42,959 bases of DNA from a virus (lineage: Duplodnaviria > Caudoviricetes): IMG/VR virus record IMGVR_UViG_3300036817_000491, positions 1-42,959 of that record; one strand, given 5' to 3'. Numbering within the stretch: position 1 is the first letter of the stretch; every line of letters starts with the position of its first letter. This document shows, piece by piece, positions 9,334 to 18,824 of this stretch. The notes beneath the pieces are model-generated. The model saw nothing but the letters and a program-made list of their open reading frames with translations. It had not been told where the DNA came from and made no database searches. A program made the translations under genes and the position numbers.

Positions 9334-10057
9334 TCATCAACTCCTTGTGCCGGACCACACGAACGGTGCGGTCGCGGTAGTACTTGCCGTACGGAACCCG
9401 GGCAGACAGGCTGCCGAAATTATGGTGTAACATGATATTGTCCTGGTGCTCGTGGTGACCAAGGTAAACAGCCGCGTGGTTGGTTACCTGTGCCTGTACG
9501 CGCATCATGATCATATCTCCGGGCCGTATATCCGCCGGGTCGACCTGAATAAAGCCTTCTGCCTCCCAGTTATCGTCGTAGCGGTTTTCGCCCTGCTCCC
9601 ACCACTCGTACGGTACCGAGTAATCACCTAGGGCAATGCCGTGCTCGCGCTGGTACCACTCCCGGATCAGTGCCCAGCAGTCGGCAAAGCCCAGCACCCA
9701 ACGCCGCCCGGCGTAGTCCCGGTCCTCACGTGGCGCCAGCGTGCAGAAATCCCCGTCCGGCCAGCTCATAATGCCCCACTCCACTCCAGACCAGTCGCAC
9801 TGCACTCTGTCCATTTCGGACGGAACAAGCTGCACCACATCCGGGTGGGAGTGGATAATCATAATGATTTCACCCAACTCCGACGCGGCGAGCTTATCCT
9901 TCGGCGAGATAGTGAAAGCCTCTGTGGGTGTTGCCGAAATATTGCGGCACGGGATGTACTGCTGCGTCCGTCCTGCTTGCACCACCACACCACAGGCCTC
10001 GTTCGGATATTCCGCTGAGACGTGGGCGCGGATCGCATCCATCAGTTTTTTTCGCAT
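9311..10057 (-). CDS. K: Tail assembly protein K (JAB/MPN plus NlpC/P60)
   Basis: YPNEACG, HSHPD, DCW and NHAAVY motifs. Confidence 0.93.
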   Translation of the reverse strand: MRKKLMDAIRAHVSAEYPNEACGVVVQAGRTQQYIPCRNISATPTEAFTISPKDKLAASELGEIIMIIHSHPDVVQLVPSEMDRVQCDWSGVEWGIMSWPDGDFCTLAPREDRDYAGRRWVLGFADCWALIREWYQREHGIALGDYSVPYEWWEQGENRYDDNWEAEGFIQVDPADIRPGDMIMMRVQAQVTNHAAVYLGHHEHQDNIMLHHNFGSLSARVPYGKYYRDRTVRVVRHKELMNAQDTDS

Positions 10058-10059
10058 GG

Positions 10060-10803
10060 TTATTTGCCCTGAAGGTTGGCCGCCGGGAAACCGCCAAACG
10101 GCAGCGGGTTACCGGCCCCGAACCGCGCTTCGCAGTCCGGCATCAGACCACCGCACATATCCAGCGCCGGGTTATCCGTGGGGGTGCCGTCCTTAAGAAA
10201 ATAGCGGTTCCCGTTGTAGTCGCATCCTGTACCGGTGCGGTACCAGCCGCGCGTGCACCAGGTGCAGACCGGAGTGATCTGCCGGGTGGGTAGCTGCAGG
10301 TTCTGGATGTCGAACGGCGAGCACAGCTCAAAGTCGACCTGTACCCGCGTTTCTGCGGTTTTGGCATTTACGTAAAAAAGCTGTACGCGCTCATCCACCG
10401 GGCTGGCATTCGGGTTGCCCGCTGTCCAGTTGGCTGCGTCCAGATATTTCGCCAGCGTGGTGTGGATCTTCACCTTCGCCTTCGCCAGGTCGTCGAACTC
10501 AAGGCACAGCGCCGTCACGTAGTTTCCGACATTCGACACGGAAAGCGTGGGCGTGGGCTGCGCGCCCGTGCTGGAGAGTTCCAGGCCTTTCAGCTCGTAC
10601 GGGTAAGGATCGTATTGCTGACCCTGCCAGACAATCGCGGGCAGGTTATCGGCGGCGAAGGCCGCCCAGCCAGCCGTGGCAATATTGTGCGCATGGAAGC
10701 GCAGTATCGTATCCATGCCAAATTCAGTGCCGTCAATTTCAATCAGCTGGACAAGCTGCCCAGGTTCCAGCTGCTGTATATCCTGCGTGAAACTCATATT
10801 CAC
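10060..10803 (-). CDS. L: Minor tail protein L
   Basis: C-terminal Fe-S cysteines (CTW...CDY...C...C) and LPFGGFP. Confidence 0.93.
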   Translation of the reverse strand: MNMSFTQDIQQLEPGQLVQLIEIDGTEFGMDTILRFHAHNIATAGWAAFAADNLPAIVWQGQQYDPYPYELKGLELSSTGAQPTPTLSVSNVGNYVTALCLEFDDLAKAKVKIHTTLAKYLDAANWTAGNPNASPVDERVQLFYVNAKTAETRVQVDFELCSPFDIQNLQLPTRQITPVCTWCTRGWYRTGTGCDYNGNRYFLKDGTPTDNPALDMCGGLMPDCEARFGAGNPLPFGGFPAANLQGK

Positions 10804-10854
10804 TCCATAAAAAAACCGCCCGGAGGCGGCTGGTTAAACTGGATTTAAAGATAT

Positions 10855-11193
10855 TCAGGGAGCAAAGGCCTGCTCGAAAGTGAACGTCACAGTCGCTATT
10901 TTTCCAGAAGGGAATGAAACACTGAATGAATCAGCTTTCATCCGGTAGAGCTTCTTTTCTCCCCATGGGTTCGTCCACCAGAACGATTTGGTGATGTGCG
11001 ACATAAGGAACGCGCGCAGGGTGGCAGCCTCGGTGCGTGTTCCCGTCCAGTCTAGATCCCAGGATTCGGACCTGTCATTGAGCCCCATCCCGGCGATCTG
11101 TTTATACCCGTCTCCAAACTGGGACTGAAGCGTGCGGGCACTTTCACTTCCCCGGGCCGTTTTACGGGTACGCCAGCTGAATGTGTCTGTCAC
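10855..11193 (-). CDS. M: Minor tail (distal tail) protein M
   Basis: FGDGYKQ...GLN motif, SFWWTNP, FEQ end; follows the tape measure gene. Confidence 0.9.
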   Translation of the reverse strand: MTDTFSWRTRKTARGSESARTLQSQFGDGYKQIAGMGLNDRSESWDLDWTGTRTEAATLRAFLMSHITKSFWWTNPWGEKKLYRMKADSFSVSFPSGKIATVTFTFEQAFAP

Positions 11194-11195
11194 CG

Positions 11196-13694
11196 CTATC
11201 TCCTTGAGTAAAGTACACCACCAGGCCCCATTTCCTTTTTGAGTCGGTCAGTGATGGTCTGCTGGACAATGCCCTGAAGCTGCCGAGCCGTTCCGATGGT
11301 GTCAGCTTGGCTGGTGTCTCCGCCACCGCCCTGCTGACTGACACTGACTGGGGCATAGACACTTACCCCTCCCATGGGCGAAGCGGGCATACTGCCGCCG
11401 CCGACTAACCCGCCGGATGCGTAACCGCGCATCATGCTGTACAGATTGCCTACTCCGATCCGGTTGGTCGCCTCTTTGGTAAAAACGAACTCCCCGCGGT
11501 GAACCACCCCGGCAGGTTCATATTTACCGCCCGACCCGGTATAGCCGCCCCCAGCGAATCCGATTGCCGAACTCACAGCGCCCACAATCCCTACCCCCGC
11601 CTGTTTAAGGGCGATCTGCGCCAGCATTGAAAGCGTTGAGCGGGTGAAGTCACCCCATTTTGCTTTCCCGGTGGTAAGCATGTCGGCAAGGTTTTGCGTC
11701 ATGCCGTCAAAGGTGCTGGCCGCGACATTTTTCATCTGGCCGTACGCGTCTCCGGCTGAATCGGCGTAATCAGCCCAGGCGGATTTCCCACCGGACAGCC
11801 AGTCACCGCGTATCTTATCCTGCTGCTGGTAGTATCCCTGTAGCGCCTGCAGCTCTTTCTGATACCCCGGATCTTTTTCAGACCCGCCGCCGTTTTTCCA
11901 CCCCTGAAGTAACTGAGCCTCTTCATTGCGCCGCTGTGCCGCACGACTGCTCTTTCCGGCACTTTCCGCCAGCGCCCGCGTTTTCTCACCCATCTGGGTT
12001 TCATACTTCTGCGACGTGTCCTGCAGACGGTTCAGGCGCTCCTGCGTGGCGATCTGGTCACCTAGTTTTGCATTGATCTCTGCCTGCGCGAGCACCCTCT
12101 CCTTGCTGGCGAGCAGGGACTTTTCATCTTCGGTCAGCGCCCGGGTTTTCGCAGCCTGCTCAAGGACCGTAAATCTGGCCTGCTCTTTCCACAGCTGCTG
12201 ACGCTGCTGGCTAATCGTGTCGTTAATATCACTGTGCTGGCGCAACACCTCTAGTTGCGTCTGCAGCTCCAGTGTCTGCATACTGGTGCTGTCAGTGAGC
12301 CTTGCGCCACCCGGCGTCCTGATTTTTGTTGGTTTCTTCAGGGAGTCATCGTATTCCTTTTTGGCTGCCGCCATGTTGATGTTGTAGTCTGCCTGAAGGA
12401 TCCGCCCCTCTTTCAGTGCCTTGTTGAGCTCACTCTGACGGGCCGTGTATTTTTCCAGTGCTGATTGGGTTTTTGAATAGTTGGCCTGTGCCTGCGCTGC
12501 ATACTTCTGACGGTCAGATTCCGCAGCTGCTTCGCGGGAGGTACTTACCTCGTTCGCTTTAACTATTCCCGCCTGCTGCTGAGCCATATCAAGTGCCAAA
12601 CGGGCCGTTTCGCGGTCGTTCCAGAACCGGGCGCGAGCTTCGTCATTGACGTAGCGATCGTCTTTGCGAAGTGTCCATATCTCATTGGCTTTCTTGAATA
12701 CCGCTTCTGCTTTTGCCACAATCTCCTGCGCAGTATCAGGCCGACCGACATCGAGCGCCGCATCCCACATTGATTTGAAGGCGCGCTTCAGTGTGTCAGC
12801 AGCCGTCTCAATCGACCCCATGTTTTCCCGAATAGATTTGGCCTGGTCGTTAAATCCGGCTGTTGCAGCATCGTTCGCCGCCTTAAGCGCTCCGGCTTCA
12901 TCGCCTGCACGCTGCAATTGGGCAACATGTGCAACCTGCTCAGCAGTGACGTTGTGAAATTGCTGAGCCATCGCAATAAGTCCCGATGTCGGGTCAGTTG
13001 TCAGCTTGCCATACGCAGCGGCAACTTTGTCAACTGGAACACCCGATGCTTCGGTGAAGCGGGCAACGGCCTGGCTCATGTCGTCAAAATTGGAACTCGC
13101 ACGCACGCCAGCGTTGATCAACTCAGTCAGTGCTTTGGTGGTCTGGTTAAATGTCAGTCCAGCAGACTGACCGTTTCGTGCTAGCACCAGCATGCGGTCT
13201 GCGGTCAGCCCAGAAGTGTTACCGGAGAGCACCAGCGTTTTATTAAAATTAGACAATGTGGACGAGCCAGCGTACCAGGTGTAGAGCAGTGCACCCACAG
13301 CGGTCGATAGCGCCCCAACACCGATCATAAGCGGCGAGATGGTACCCAATAGCGCGCGAAATGTTGGAATAATTCCGCCAAAGGAGTCTTTAACCTGTCC
13401 GCCCTGCTGGAGCAGGATCAGCCAGGGGCTCTGCCCGCCCGCCAACTGCGTGGCGATATCTGTAAACTGCGCCGGGAGCATACGCATCGCCGCGTTGTAC
13501 TGCCCTACAGAGATGCCTGCCTTGCGGGCAGCGCTCTCCTGCCGGCTGAATGACTGCTGGATCCTCAAAGCAGAATCGTTAGCTGCATCTCCCGTCTGCT
13601 TAAATTCTTTCTTGACGTAGCTGATTTGCTCGCTAAATTTCGTCGAATTAACGTCAAGATTAACGACCAGATCACCGACTGCCGTCTGGGCCAT
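11196..13694 (-). CDS. H: Tail tape measure protein H
   Basis: 832 aa with LPAQFTDIATQLAGGQSP..ILLQQGGQ and GGYTG.GGKYEPAGVVHRGEFV. Confidence 0.96.
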   Translation of the reverse strand: MAQTAVGDLVVNLDVNSTKFSEQISYVKKEFKQTGDAANDSALRIQQSFSRQESAARKAGISVGQYNAAMRMLPAQFTDIATQLAGGQSPWLILLQQGGQVKDSFGGIIPTFRALLGTISPLMIGVGALSTAVGALLYTWYAGSSTLSNFNKTLVLSGNTSGLTADRMLVLARNGQSAGLTFNQTTKALTELINAGVRASSNFDDMSQAVARFTEASGVPVDKVAAAYGKLTTDPTSGLIAMAQQFHNVTAEQVAHVAQLQRAGDEAGALKAANDAATAGFNDQAKSIRENMGSIETAADTLKRAFKSMWDAALDVGRPDTAQEIVAKAEAVFKKANEIWTLRKDDRYVNDEARARFWNDRETARLALDMAQQQAGIVKANEVSTSREAAAESDRQKYAAQAQANYSKTQSALEKYTARQSELNKALKEGRILQADYNINMAAAKKEYDDSLKKPTKIRTPGGARLTDSTSMQTLELQTQLEVLRQHSDINDTISQQRQQLWKEQARFTVLEQAAKTRALTEDEKSLLASKERVLAQAEINAKLGDQIATQERLNRLQDTSQKYETQMGEKTRALAESAGKSSRAAQRRNEEAQLLQGWKNGGGSEKDPGYQKELQALQGYYQQQDKIRGDWLSGGKSAWADYADSAGDAYGQMKNVAASTFDGMTQNLADMLTTGKAKWGDFTRSTLSMLAQIALKQAGVGIVGAVSSAIGFAGGGYTGSGGKYEPAGVVHRGEFVFTKEATNRIGVGNLYSMMRGYASGGLVGGGSMPASPMGGVSVYAPVSVSQQGGGGDTSQADTIGTARQLQGIVQQTITDRLKKEMGPGGVLYSRR

Positions 13695-14025
13695 AACGCA
13701 CGCCTCCTGATATACCTGCCGCCTTCGCCATTAGCGCATCGTCGTCCTGCTCTGCTGCTTCTAAGGGCTCAGATGCAGGCGAAAGAATGCTGAAGCTGTC
13801 AGGCGTCAGCTCAGGGTCGGCAAAAAACAGGGTTGAAATGGTGTAGAGCAGGCCGGAGAAGTGGACATCCAGCTGCGCATCTTGAAAGAAGTTTTCCCGG
13901 TAGAATATTTTCCAGTCGCCGTATTCCGTTGAGGACATACCAGCAAGCATGGCGCGCCAGTCAGGGCGACCGAACTCACGCGCCAGTTTGAGGACAAACG
14001 TCAGCTCACTGGCGAGGGCTTTTCC
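13672..14025 (-). CDS. T: Tail assembly chaperone T segment (expressed as G-T fusion by -1 frameshift)
   Basis: The -1 frame reads KALASELTFVLKLAREFGRPDWRAMLAGMSS, like lambda gpT. Confidence 0.88.
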   Translation of the reverse strand, partial: GKALASELTFVLKLAREFGRPDWRAMLAGMSSTEYGDWKIFYRENFFQDAQLDVHFSGLLYTISTLFFADPELTPDSFSILSPASEPLEAAEQDDDALMAKAAGISGGVRYGPDGSR

Positions 14026-14414
14026 GCAGTTACGGGTTCCGCAGGCTCGCTAATCTCTCCCTCCGGGTCCTCTGACTGCGGTTCAATCATGCCGGAGAGA
14101 AGTTTCACCTTAAAATCCGCCTCTGCAATAAGCTCCGTCGGCCAGGTCTGCAGGACTTCATCCTGAATTTTCGACACTTCCGTCGGCGCGCCCTCAGGAA
14201 GCGTACCTTTCAGCGCATGACCATGCCAGAGCGACAGCGCCACTAGGTAAGCACCATTTTTCACAGTGAGGGTGATAGCGGTCTGGAAATCACCTTCTTC
14301 AACCGCTTCCAGCTTTTTCAGATACTCGAGGTGTTCAATGCGCTGTAGCGCTGACAATTGGTACAGTGTCACGCTGCTGCCGTTATGCTTGAGCTGTTCA
14401 GTTTTAAGAAACAT
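14001..14414 (-). CDS. G: Tail assembly chaperone G
   Basis: MFLKTE...LSALQRIEHL, typical of lambda gpG. Confidence 0.92.
   Translation of the reverse strand: MFLKTEQLKHNGSSVTLYQLSALQRIEHLEYLKKLEAVEEGDFQTAITLTVKNGAYLVALSLWHGHALKGTLPEGAPTEVSKIQDEVLQTWPTELIAEADFKVKLLSGMIEPQSEDPEGEISEPAEPVTAEKPSPVS
14019..14025 (-). other. Programmed -1 frameshift slippery site (G GAA AAG)
   Basis: GCG GAA AAG near the G 3' end, at the position of lambda GGGAAAG; the -1 frame is open into T. Confidence 0.75.
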
Positions 14415-14449
14415 ATTTACTCCGGAGTACGGGGCTCCCGCCCCGGGTT

Positions 14450-15187
14450 TCAGGAAACGGTCACCTTGCAGATTGCCGCAAAGTTACCGCTATTGGTCAT
14501 GACAATAATTTCAACGGTGCCCGCAGCCACGCCGGTGATGGTCAGCGTTGAGCCACTGACCGTCACTGTTGCTTTCGACGGATCAGAAGTCGCCACGCGG
14601 AAAGAAGCATCTGAAGCGCTGGCTGGCAGGACCGTCACTGCCAGTTGCGTGGTCGCACCGACAGCAACCGCTGCGGTGGATTTATCCAGGCTGATACCCG
14701 TCACGCCAATTACCGCAGTACCGCCGTCTTCTGCCAGAGAGGGTTTGCCGTTATTGGTGATTTTTACCGTTCGGGTCATCACCTCTTTAGCCGTAACCGT
14801 CTTCCCAAGGCTACTTATCCAGCCTTTGAAAACATCGACGGCACCATTCGGGTACTTAATTTTGTACCCCTTAACCGTACCGTCATCGAACCAGTTCACC
14901 AGGTCCTGCTGACCGCTTTCACCCGGCAACCAGGCGAGTGTAAAGCTGGTATCCCCAGCGGACTTTTGACCCTGCATGGTAGAGGTCCAGTCAGAGTTGT
15001 CGTCATCGATATAGGTGTCGTCCTCTGACTCAGCGGTGAGCTCGCCAGGCTGAAGATCCTTAATCTTTGCCAGACGCAGCCAGCCAACATCCGAAACCGG
15101 ATTGGCATACGGCTCACCACTTCCGGTGTAAATCCAGAGCGTAGTGCCGGCGCCTTTCGTAGGTGCCAGCGGGTTAGGTGTGGTCAT
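14450..15187 (-). CDS. V: Major tail tube protein V with C-terminal Ig-like (Big_2) domain
   Basis: [19 protein letters not shown] and GQKSAG motifs; Ig-like C-terminus. Confidence 0.95.
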   Translation of the reverse strand: MTTPNPLAPTKGAGTTLWIYTGSGEPYANPVSDVGWLRLAKIKDLQPGELTAESEDDTYIDDDNSDWTSTMQGQKSAGDTSFTLAWLPGESGQQDLVNWFDDGTVKGYKIKYPNGAVDVFKGWISSLGKTVTAKEVMTRTVKITNNGKPSLAEDGGTAVIGVTGISLDKSTAAVAVGATTQLAVTVLPASASDASFRVATSDPSKATVTVSGSTLTITGVAAGTVEIIVMTNSGNFAAICKVTVS

Positions 15188-15194
15188 AACATCC

Positions 15195-15593
15195 TCACAT
15201 TTCGTAGGTAATGGAATATTTCAGATCAACAGAGCCCCATGTCGCCATTTCGTCATCGCGCTGATAGTCATAGCCCTGGGCTGAAATGGATTCAATTAAG
15301 GGGGTGAGGCCGGGGATCTCGTTGAGCCGGGGGTAGATTTTGTTTTCCATCCAGGTATCAAGCGCTGTATCCGTTTCGCTCGCTTTCAGGAACACCTCGA
15401 TATGAAGTGTGGCGCGCCAGATATCTTCGTCGATCGATTCCTCTGTTGACTGCGCGTCAGTGATATAGACAGCGACAGCCGGGAGATCTTCGGACTCGAG
15501 TACAGCAGGGCGTCCATCAGACCACGTTACAGGGTCAGTAATGCCTGCTTTCAGGACATTAAGAACCGCCTGGCGGATCAGGGGATGTTTCAT
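15195..15593 (-). CDS. U: Tail terminator protein U
   Basis: MKH..IRQAV, LPAVAVY and GYDYQRDD motifs. Confidence 0.93.
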   Translation of the reverse strand: MKHPLIRQAVLNVLKAGITDPVTWSDGRPAVLESEDLPAVAVYITDAQSTEESIDEDIWRATLHIEVFLKASETDTALDTWMENKIYPRLNEIPGLTPLIESISAQGYDYQRDDEMATWGSVDLKYSITYEM

Positions 15594-16144
15594 TTGGTCA
15601 GAATTATCCTCAGTTGATTGCGTAAGGCAGCAGAAAGTTCTTTCGGAAGATCCGTTGCCGTCAGGCGGGTGCTTTCCTGCTTAAATGCCTCAGTCAGCGG
15701 TACCGCCAAAGGAATGCTCACCACCTCAAGCGGGTAGCGGCTTTTTGTCGTTCGCCGCAGGACATGCCAGCGCCCGTTTTTGAGTTGCTGAATGAATCCG
15801 CCCGGGAAGCGAAACCGCCCGATGACCAGAACGCTACTGGCACCAGCTTTGTCACGCTTTCGTCGGGAAAGCCGGACACTAGCTACACCCAGCTTGATCG
15901 CCGGGAGGTTGCCGCGGTTTACCCGAATGGTTGCCTGCGGTTTACGTACCGTGGCTTTCTTCAGGCGTGCACGCTGATTGACGAGTTTCCGCTGCACCCG
16001 GGTATTTTTCGCAACCTGCCGGGTGCTGCGGGAGATGGCCCGGGTAGCTACACGATTCACCGCCTGAGAGGATGCCCTCGGCACCGCGGTTTTGCTGATG
16101 CTTTCTAGGTTAGCGATCGCCTGTTCGAGCCCTTTAATGGACAT
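15590..16144 (-). CDS. Z: Minor tail protein Z
   Basis: Start reassigned to MSIKGLEQAIANL (GGAGG RBS); VNRGNLPAIKLG motif. Confidence 0.9.
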   Translation of the reverse strand: MSIKGLEQAIANLESISKTAVPRASSQAVNRVATRAISRSTRQVAKNTRVQRKLVNQRARLKKATVRKPQATIRVNRGNLPAIKLGVASVRLSRRKRDKAGASSVLVIGRFRFPGGFIQQLKNGRWHVLRRTTKSRYPLEVVSIPLAVPLTEAFKQESTRLTATDLPKELSAALRNQLRIILTK

Positions 16145-16154
16145 AAATCCTCCA

Positions 16155-16430
16155 TTACTCAATCCAGATCTGTGGCTTACCATTGAACAGCTGTTTACGG
16201 GTAACGGTGTAGTCCTGCCCCTTCCAGTGAATGGCATCGCCTTTGCGTGGCGACACTGCCTGGGAGAACACCACCAGTGACAGGCCATCCCCCACCAGCG
16301 GCCCCATTTCTGCGACAAACTGGCTTTCTACAGCATCAAAACTGACACCGTTGATGGTGACCTTATCCGCCATCAGATTGACGGTGGCCGCGTCCATACG
16401 GGCCACCATCGCGTCGAAGGGGTTAGCCAT
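16155..16430 (-). CDS. Head-tail joining protein (FII position)
   Basis: 91 aa MANPFD...; lies between the capsid cement gene and Z. Confidence 0.75.
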   Translation of the reverse strand: MANPFDAMVARMDAATVNLMADKVTINGVSFDAVESQFVAEMGPLVGDGLSLVVFSQAVSPRKGDAIHWKGQDYTVTRKQLFNGKPQIWIE

Positions 16431-16746
16431 TCAGCTTAACCAGTACGGCGGCGACGTTCGCGCCGGCAGCCTGCCAGGCTTTTCCGGCCGCCGTCGCCCC
16501 GGTAGCATCCAGCTGAATCTTCCCGCTTTTGAAGTACACAGTTTTGCCCTGGGCAATATCATCAGCTGCCAGTTTCGGCAGCTGGACAACGCCAGTGGTT
16601 AGCCCTGTGCCGGTTTCGCCGACGGCAATATCAGCAATAGCGATCGCCAGGACATCACCCACGGCAACAGGCGTGCCACTGGCGATTACCGCAGAACCCG
16701 GGTTGGTTAAATCAATGGTATGACCATCCTGTACGTAATTCTTCAT
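16423..16746 (-). CDS. DUF2190-like capsid cement/decoration protein
   Basis: MKNYVQDG start with GGAG RBS; directly after the capsid gene. Confidence 0.85.
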   Translation of the reverse strand: MKNYVQDGHTIDLTNPGSAVIASGTPVAVGDVLAIAIADIAVGETGTGLTTGVVQLPKLAADDIAQGKTVYFKSGKIQLDATGATAAGKAWQAAGANVAAVLVKLNG

Positions 16747-16826
16747 GAGCTCTCCGTATGGCCCACATCGGGGCCATGTTGCAGATATAAAAAAAGCCCT
16801 GTCGGGCCGGTTCATTTTCGGGGGGA

Positions 16827-18824
16827 TTACTTACCGGTAGATTTGACCAGGCCGCGATAATCCAGCGGCGCTACGCCCGCATCGATACGCACTTTAGTAG
16901 CCACGCCATCGGTGGTGAAACCTTCCTGCTGATCGATATACGGAGTATCAACGCCGTTCAGGTAAGCAACCTCAATGGTATCGCTGCCTTTCTGTGCCGC
17001 CAGATACCATGCGGCTGGATCGGCATCGTCCAGGCGCGCTTCAGAGATAATCTGCGCAAAGTTCTGGATGGGGTTAAAAATACCGGCATTGACGTCGGCA
17101 CCCTTAACGCTGGCAGACTTAATGGTCTGGCTCGCTACGGTTTCCAGCGCTGTTGGTACCAGCACGTAAGCTGGCCGAATATTCAGCGAACGCTCACCTT
17201 CTTTCTGTACGCGCATAAGCTGGCGCGCTTTATCGAGGTTAGATACATCGATGGCGCCGGAAGAGAGGTTTTTATGATCTGAGCTGAACAGAGCTTTATT
17301 GTCAGACATTTTTGGGTTTTCAGTCAGCACCGCGTATACCAGATCGCCAATAGTGGCTTTCGCCGCACGGCCCATTTTCATAGGGACATCGGTTAGCTGG
17401 TTCAGATCGTCGTTGATAATGGCCTGACGGGTAATAGAGAAGATCTCGCCGTAGGTTGCCAATGCGATTGTTTCACCTTTATCGCCGGTGGTGACGTACT
17501 TATATTCAGCACCTTCGCGAACCTGGCGCAGCGACGGGAAACCGCCCATGCCAACACGATGTGCGGTCTTGAAGTCGCTCAGGCTGCCTTTCTTGGTCCA
17601 TTGTTCAAAGGTCTCTGCCGCTTCATCCCAGCCCTGCAACAGCGCCTTGTTGGCGACATCGAGCAGGATATTGCCAAAATCAGAGGTGCTGTGCGTCAGC
17701 GCAAAACCGACCATCTGCATCGGGTTGTAACTGGAGACCCCGATGCCGCGCTCAGTCAGGGACATGCGGGCGTATTCGCGCAGCGTCATACCGTTATAGA
17801 CGTTATCACGCTCAAGATTTTCATAGCCGGCACGCGCCATTAGCGCCTGGCGGATCCCGTCGCCGACAAAGTTACCGTTCCCGGCGTGAATATGTGGCTG
17901 GTTGGTTTTGTTGGAAGGCGTAGCGGTTTTCCCCAGCTCAGCCAGCAGCAGGTCTTTTGCCTGTTCTACCGAACAATCCGGATCAGCCACGCACTTGTTT
18001 TGCAGTTCCATATGCTTGTTGCCGAACATGGCAAAGAGATCACTGATGCCATTTACACGGGCTTTTTGCTCTGCCAGAACCTGAGCGCGAATGTCGCTCT
18101 CATTAACAACAGGAGCTGCTGGCGGCTGTTGATTCAGTGGTTCGCGCTGGGTGGAGTTGCGCGGCGGGGTAATCATATTACGAATGCTTTTTGGCATCTT
18201 TTCAAATTCCTCAATACGTTTCGAATGGATACAGGCCATTGCCTGCAAGGATGGTGTGACCTGGTCAGCGAAGCCCAGCTCCAGACATTCCGTGCCGGAG
18301 AGCCAGGTCTCATCCTCCAGCATTGCCGCAATTTCTTCGGTGCTTTTGCCCGTCTTTTGCGCGTATGCCGGGATCAGCACCGACTCCACTTTGTCGAGCA
18401 GGTCGGCATAGTCGCGCATGTCATCAGCGTCACCGCCAGCAAAACCCCAGGGCTTGTGGATCATCATCATGGTGTTTTCCGGCATGATCACCGGATCTCC
18501 TACCATGGCGATTACTGATGCCATTGAGGCAGCCAGACCGTCGATATAAACGGTGATCGCCGCGCCGTGGAATTTCAGGGCATTAAAAATGGCGATCCCA
18601 TCAAAGACATCGCCACCAGGGGAGTTGATATGCAGTTTGATGTGGGTGACGTCGCCCAGAGCCTTAAGGTTTGCGACGAACTGCTTCGCCGTTACCCCCC
18701 AATAGCCGATCTCGTCGTAGATATAGATCTCAGCTTCGTTTTCCGAACTGGCCTGCATACGGAACCAGCTATTTTTTGCGTGGGCTTTTGGGCGATTCTT
18801 TACCCGGTTTTGTTTCCTCGACAC
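16827..18824 (-). CDS. ClpP-like (S14) prohead protease / major capsid fusion protein
   Basis: INSPGG, GLAASMAS and MIHKP protease motifs, then HSTSDF...DYRGL capsid region. GTG at 18824 has an AGGAG RBS. Confidence 0.93.
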   Translation of the reverse strand: MSRKQNRVKNRPKAHAKNSWFRMQASSENEAEIYIYDEIGYWGVTAKQFVANLKALGDVTHIKLHINSPGGDVFDGIAIFNALKFHGAAITVYIDGLAASMASVIAMVGDPVIMPENTMMMIHKPWGFAGGDADDMRDYADLLDKVESVLIPAYAQKTGKSTEEIAAMLEDETWLSGTECLELGFADQVTPSLQAMACIHSKRIEEFEKMPKSIRNMITPPRNSTQREPLNQQPPAAPVVNESDIRAQVLAEQKARVNGISDLFAMFGNKHMELQNKCVADPDCSVEQAKDLLLAELGKTATPSNKTNQPHIHAGNGNFVGDGIRQALMARAGYENLERDNVYNGMTLREYARMSLTERGIGVSSYNPMQMVGFALTHSTSDFGNILLDVANKALLQGWDEAAETFEQWTKKGSLSDFKTAHRVGMGGFPSLRQVREGAEYKYVTTGDKGETIALATYGEIFSITRQAIINDDLNQLTDVPMKMGRAAKATIGDLVYAVLTENPKMSDNKALFSSDHKNLSSGAIDVSNLDKARQLMRVQKEGERSLNIRPAYVLVPTALETVASQTIKSASVKGADVNAGIFNPIQNFAQIISEARLDDADPAAWYLAAQKGSDTIEVAYLNGVDTPYIDQQEGFTTDGVATKVRIDAGVAPLDYRGLVKSTGK

